DNA of 64,000 bases from Perkinsela sp. CCAP 1560/9. Its lineage: Eukaryota > Protista > Euglenozoa: Kinetoplastea. This document shows positions 59,968 to 64,000 of this stretch, piece by piece. Each line of letters opens with the position of its first letter. Position 1 is the first letter of the stretch. The notes beneath the pieces are model-generated. The model did not search any database and was not told where the DNA came from. It was given only the letters and a program-made list of their open reading frames with translations. Location of the stretch: the NCBI GenBank assembly GCA_965644495.1, contig CBFFSA010000043.1, positions 1 through 64,000 on the forward strand, in the 5' to 3' direction. The position numbers and the translations under genes were made by a program.

Positions 59968-62900
59968 CTATTGCTCGATTAAAGGGGGCAAAGGGTCCAC
60001 AGCCGGCAGGCGCGTAATCATCATGCGTGCCTGGCAACGCATCAATGTTACGTTCATGTCGGTCACGAGACGGAGCGTAGAGGCCTCGTCTGTCAAGATA
60101 CCGTTGGACGCTTTTGCCCTTCGTTCTCCAACCTTCCGGAGAACGGCTAAAGCACTGGCACTCCAAGAGCCATAGCTCTCGACCACAATAGCTGTGAAGT
60201 CGCTTCCGGCATCTTCAGATTCACGGCGTTGTCGGACTTTCTGCTCTGAGGCATAATGCTCTGCGAAGGATCCCGCGGCCACCCAGCTAGCATTTCGGAC
60301 TGTGTCCGTGTATTTAGATTGCTGGGCGTGAGTGACCGCGAAGTCAAGCACGATAGGTTTCCCGAGGAAGAGACTCGGAAGGAAGACGTCCCCGGGTCTA
60401 GTCAGAGCGCCTCCGGGGCCCCGGTTCCCGAGGCTTTTTTCCCGTTGGGGAGCTAGGCGTGCGTTACTGCAAGTATCGGCAAAGTGATCGGCCAAGGCGT
60501 TGTGACGGCCGATGATACCGTCCCCGTGCTTGCATGTGAGAGCGTGATCGCCGTGTATGTCCAATGGGAGTGTGCAGTTCCCCTTGGGACATGTACCTTC
60601 TTCCCCGTACACGGGCACACCTAACCACCAGCGGGATAGGATGCGGAATTCTGTGGGGTTAAAGGCGTGGCCCGTGTCTCTGGAAGGAGTTACGAACGCC
60701 CAGCTGCTTGCTCCTTTACCACACTGAGAAGCCCAGCGTGCGCGAGTCCGGGCGTCGGCGTTTTCATATGCGTGCGAGAACTCTGTGGCAGAGATCGCGT
60801 AACTTATGTCTTTTTGGCGGGGGACGCTATTACTTGCCCAGTCGGGTGGCTCCGCGTCAACGCAATCTTCGGATGCGTAAAGGGGGTTTGTATCGTGTAG
60901 AAAGTCTTCGGAATGAGGCAATGCGCGGTCACGAGGAAGAGAAGGCGGATTTGCGGGTTCAAAGGGATGTCTGGTTTCTCCCTCGCGAGATCTCTTGGTG
61001 AAGCGAGCTTTGGGGGAGAGTTCTTCACATTTATGGCGCGGGATGGAACGCACGAGTCCGTTTGAGTCGAGTAGACTGATACCAACTTTCGAATTCACGT
61101 CTTCAATCGATTGTAGAAAGCCCTCCACTTCTGAAGCATCCCATGAGTCCGTGGCCGCCGCGAAAACTACAGAGGAGGCGTAAGCGGAGGATGCGTGCAC
61201 GGTCGCCGATTTTAAACCGAAACCTCCGTGTCTTTTCAAGCGCTGAATTTGGGCGCGTGCGGAGGGAGGCAAAGGACATAGAGTGGATTCGACCGCGTGC
61301 ATTAGGAAGTCGTCGAGCCGCTTGCAGAGGTTCATAACTGATTGCGGGGGCGTCGTTCGTAGAGCATGTACCAATTTGCAGAATCCAGCACATTGTCGAA
61401 TTAGCGCCATGGCTACCTGGGGGTCCCGGATTCTGGTTATGGCATCAAGGGCCATTTCGGCGGGCTCAACCGCGTGTGTCAGCAGATATTCAGTACAGTA
61501 CTCAGGGGACCCAATTGGGCTTCCTAGGACACTAAAGTTACCGCACACGTTTATTTTGGCATCGGGTATGTCCGGAAATATGGTTACAACGTTAGCCGAG
61601 GCAGGGGGGGTGATTATTTCGCACTTGGACATGTTCAGATATAGGCCCCATCGCGGACCTACTCTGGCGATTGTATCCAACGAATTCCTGACGTCTTCTG
61701 CCCTGCCAATGAGAATCCCGTCGTCTAGGTACCATAGCTGCAAGTCCAGGTCGGCCTGGTGATAGATTTCTTTTGCAAATTCCAAGGAGACCAGTGAAAA
61801 GAAAAGTGGTCCCAGGGGATCGCCCTGTTGGACGCCTTCATCCGAAAGGAGTGTGTGGTCACGATAGGTCAAAGCACTAGTTGTCGTATAGCACCAGCTA
61901 GCCCAGGGGAACAATTCCGGAAAATGATCGCCTACAAGTTTCAAGAAAGTTGCTCTGCTAACGTTGTTGAATGCGTTGCTTAGGTCGACTTTACATAATA
62001 CCATGTCGGGGTTGTCCGTATGAATTGTCATTGCGTGCCGGCAAGTGTGAATTATTCGTTCCGAACCGGCCGGTGTCGCGACGCCGAACTGTAGTCCCTT
62101 AAAAAATTCCCTGGCTTTGCTCCTCACTGCATTGCAAGCCGCTTTGCTTACCAATCGACGTATCGTTTCTCCCGCTGCTATGGGGCGGACGTCATTTTCG
62201 CCCTTTTCAAGCGCGCAAAGTCTGGCTCCCGCAAAATATGGTTGTACCTCTAGGGGTGCTTTCCCGGCTAGTAGATGATTCACGAGGTTTTTAAGGGCAG
62301 TAAGGGGTTTCACGGTGTTATCTACGTGCGCCAGGAGTACAGCTTGCAAGTGCTCGGGTCGTAAACCCATGGTTCCGGACGAGGAACCCCGGTGAAAGCT
62401 CTTGATAGTTTTCGCTACCACGGGTTCATCCATTATTGGGGGCGCTGTGGGCGGAGGCGTATAGTCGATGATGTCACTGTCTGGATGTCGGGGCGGGTGC
62501 TTGCTCTGAAGTTTGAGGAGTGTATCTTCGTCGTCAGGCGCCATAGCATCCGCCGTGAGTGCAGCCATACCCCTAGAGTACTCGCCTTGTCGAGCTAGAA
62601 GCTCTGCTCGGATAGCTGCCTTTTCCTCTTCGTCGTGAACGGTTGTAGGGGCTACAGATTGTTTCTTGAGTGCGTTGTCTACTGCTTCATTCCATAGGGA
62701 GACATAATCTTGCGCGAGCCATCGGTTCATGCACTTCTGGACGTATGATGCGTAAGTTGTGTGGTTCTTACGTCCTCCTCGGTGTGGGGCGGGTAGTAAG
62801 CACTTGGGGAGCATGGCGAATAGGGTCTACGCGGCTGTAGAGTTTTCGGTGACTGCGTTTTGGGCTGCTTTGGTGATAATTTCTCCCCACAGTTGACGGC

Positions 62901-63834
62901 AACGTGGAGGCACGTCCTTGCAAGTGTTCAGGCGCAGCGTGCAGATAGAGGATAGCGAGGGAAGTTCAGAGTGATGAGTTTGAGTCCCCGGAAGGTGGCT
63001 TGGGTCGCTCGAGTGTGCTGCGCGCGATGGGATTTGGGGGTTCGCAACGTTCCCTTTGCAGGCTTGTGGATGAGCTTCCCTTTTGTTGATGTCATAATGG
63101 CGCCCGCATAAGTTGCAAAGAAATCGGCCTTCTGCATCCCACCAGGTAGCGGGAACTCCGTTTCCGTGGCGACACGCGACGTGGTTATAAAACGCTTGCC
63201 AAGACCCTCCGTGCGGCAGACTTCTCCAAGTGCATCCCATGGCCGGACATTCCCGAGTCTCTTCTCTTGTTTGTGTCTTTTCAGCGAAGTTATTTTGGTT
63301 TGCGGCGTGTCGCGGTGAAGAGAAATATGTCCGGGGCTCCGGTGTTCGCCTTGACGAGCGCGAGTCCGCTTTGGTCACTCCTTTCGATGGGGAAGTGTTT
63401 CGACCTTGGTGGGAAAGAGCATCCTTCACTGCGGATTTGAGCGTCCGAGCTTCATCGGGGATCTTTGATGTGGGTGTAGCCTCGTGAGTAATTTTCTGCC
63501 TTCTCACTCCACAGTGCTGCATCTCCTCGTCTTCGGCCTCTACGTGGCCCGTGTCTGGGGTTTCCTTTTCCTGGGAGATGTGACGTGCGCGTTCCAACCA
63601 TTCCTTAGGAATATTCGCCGGGATTGGTGTAGTGTAGAGTTGTTCGTCGTATGTGCTGACAGCGCGAATCAAATGCTTGTTTCCTTGGAATTGGTCCCAA
63701 CTGCCGAGAGAGTGCGCACGTTCTTCGTCGGCGAGAGCGCCTACGCTGAGAGTTCCTTCCTTTGCACTCATATGGAATGAGGGGTGGTCCTCGTTCGAGC
63801 GTGCGGGGCTCTGAGGAGTATTGGTTTGCGTCAT
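59968..63834 (-). pseudogene. Near-identical tandem duplicate of the 54609-58475 element (period 5359 bp), TAG at 62827-62829
   Basis: SL at 63874-63908; only a few substitutions; same upstream junction. Confidence 0.93.
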
Positions 63835-64000
63835 AAAAGAGCTGGGCCCCGAGAGAATACTACGTAAAAAATTCAACAAGGTACAGAAACTGTATCTTTA
63901 TCGTTAAATAAATCTTTATCGTTTTTTTTTTTGCTTATCCAGCAAATTCGACTGTTTGTCTTCCGATACATCGTTTTCCTGCACTGTGTCGTTCTCCTCT

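Overview
Eukaryotic, transposon-saturated DNA with no ordinary host gene. An 11-copy kinetoplastid-type spliced-leader (SL) exon (CTTTAACGATAAAGATACAGTTTCTGTACCTTGTTG) points to a euglenozoan, probably a non-trypanosomatid kinetoplastid (inference). The window is a nested stack of five element classes. (1) CRE/SLACS-clade non-LTR retrotransposons (RT plus restriction-like endonuclease, RLE) in two families, whose full-length copies begin with the SL fused to their 5' UTR and which form poly(A)-SL head-to-tail trains. (2) Two VIPER/TATE-like tyrosine-recombinase (YR)-RT-RNaseH retroelements with split direct repeats, plus solo repeats lacking target-site duplications (TSDs). (3) SL-headed and microsatellite-tailed SINE-like elements. 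(4) MITEs with 8-bp TSDs. (5) A decayed Tc1/IS630 transposon. The most notable observations are an Ataxin-2/Pbp1 LsmAD-like domain at the N-terminus of every family-2 CRE protein that retains its 5' end, SL-headed retroposons arranged in trains, and a covarying ~300-nt RNA structure in their 3' UTRs. All family and domain calls are by-eye motif recognition; no database searches were run.
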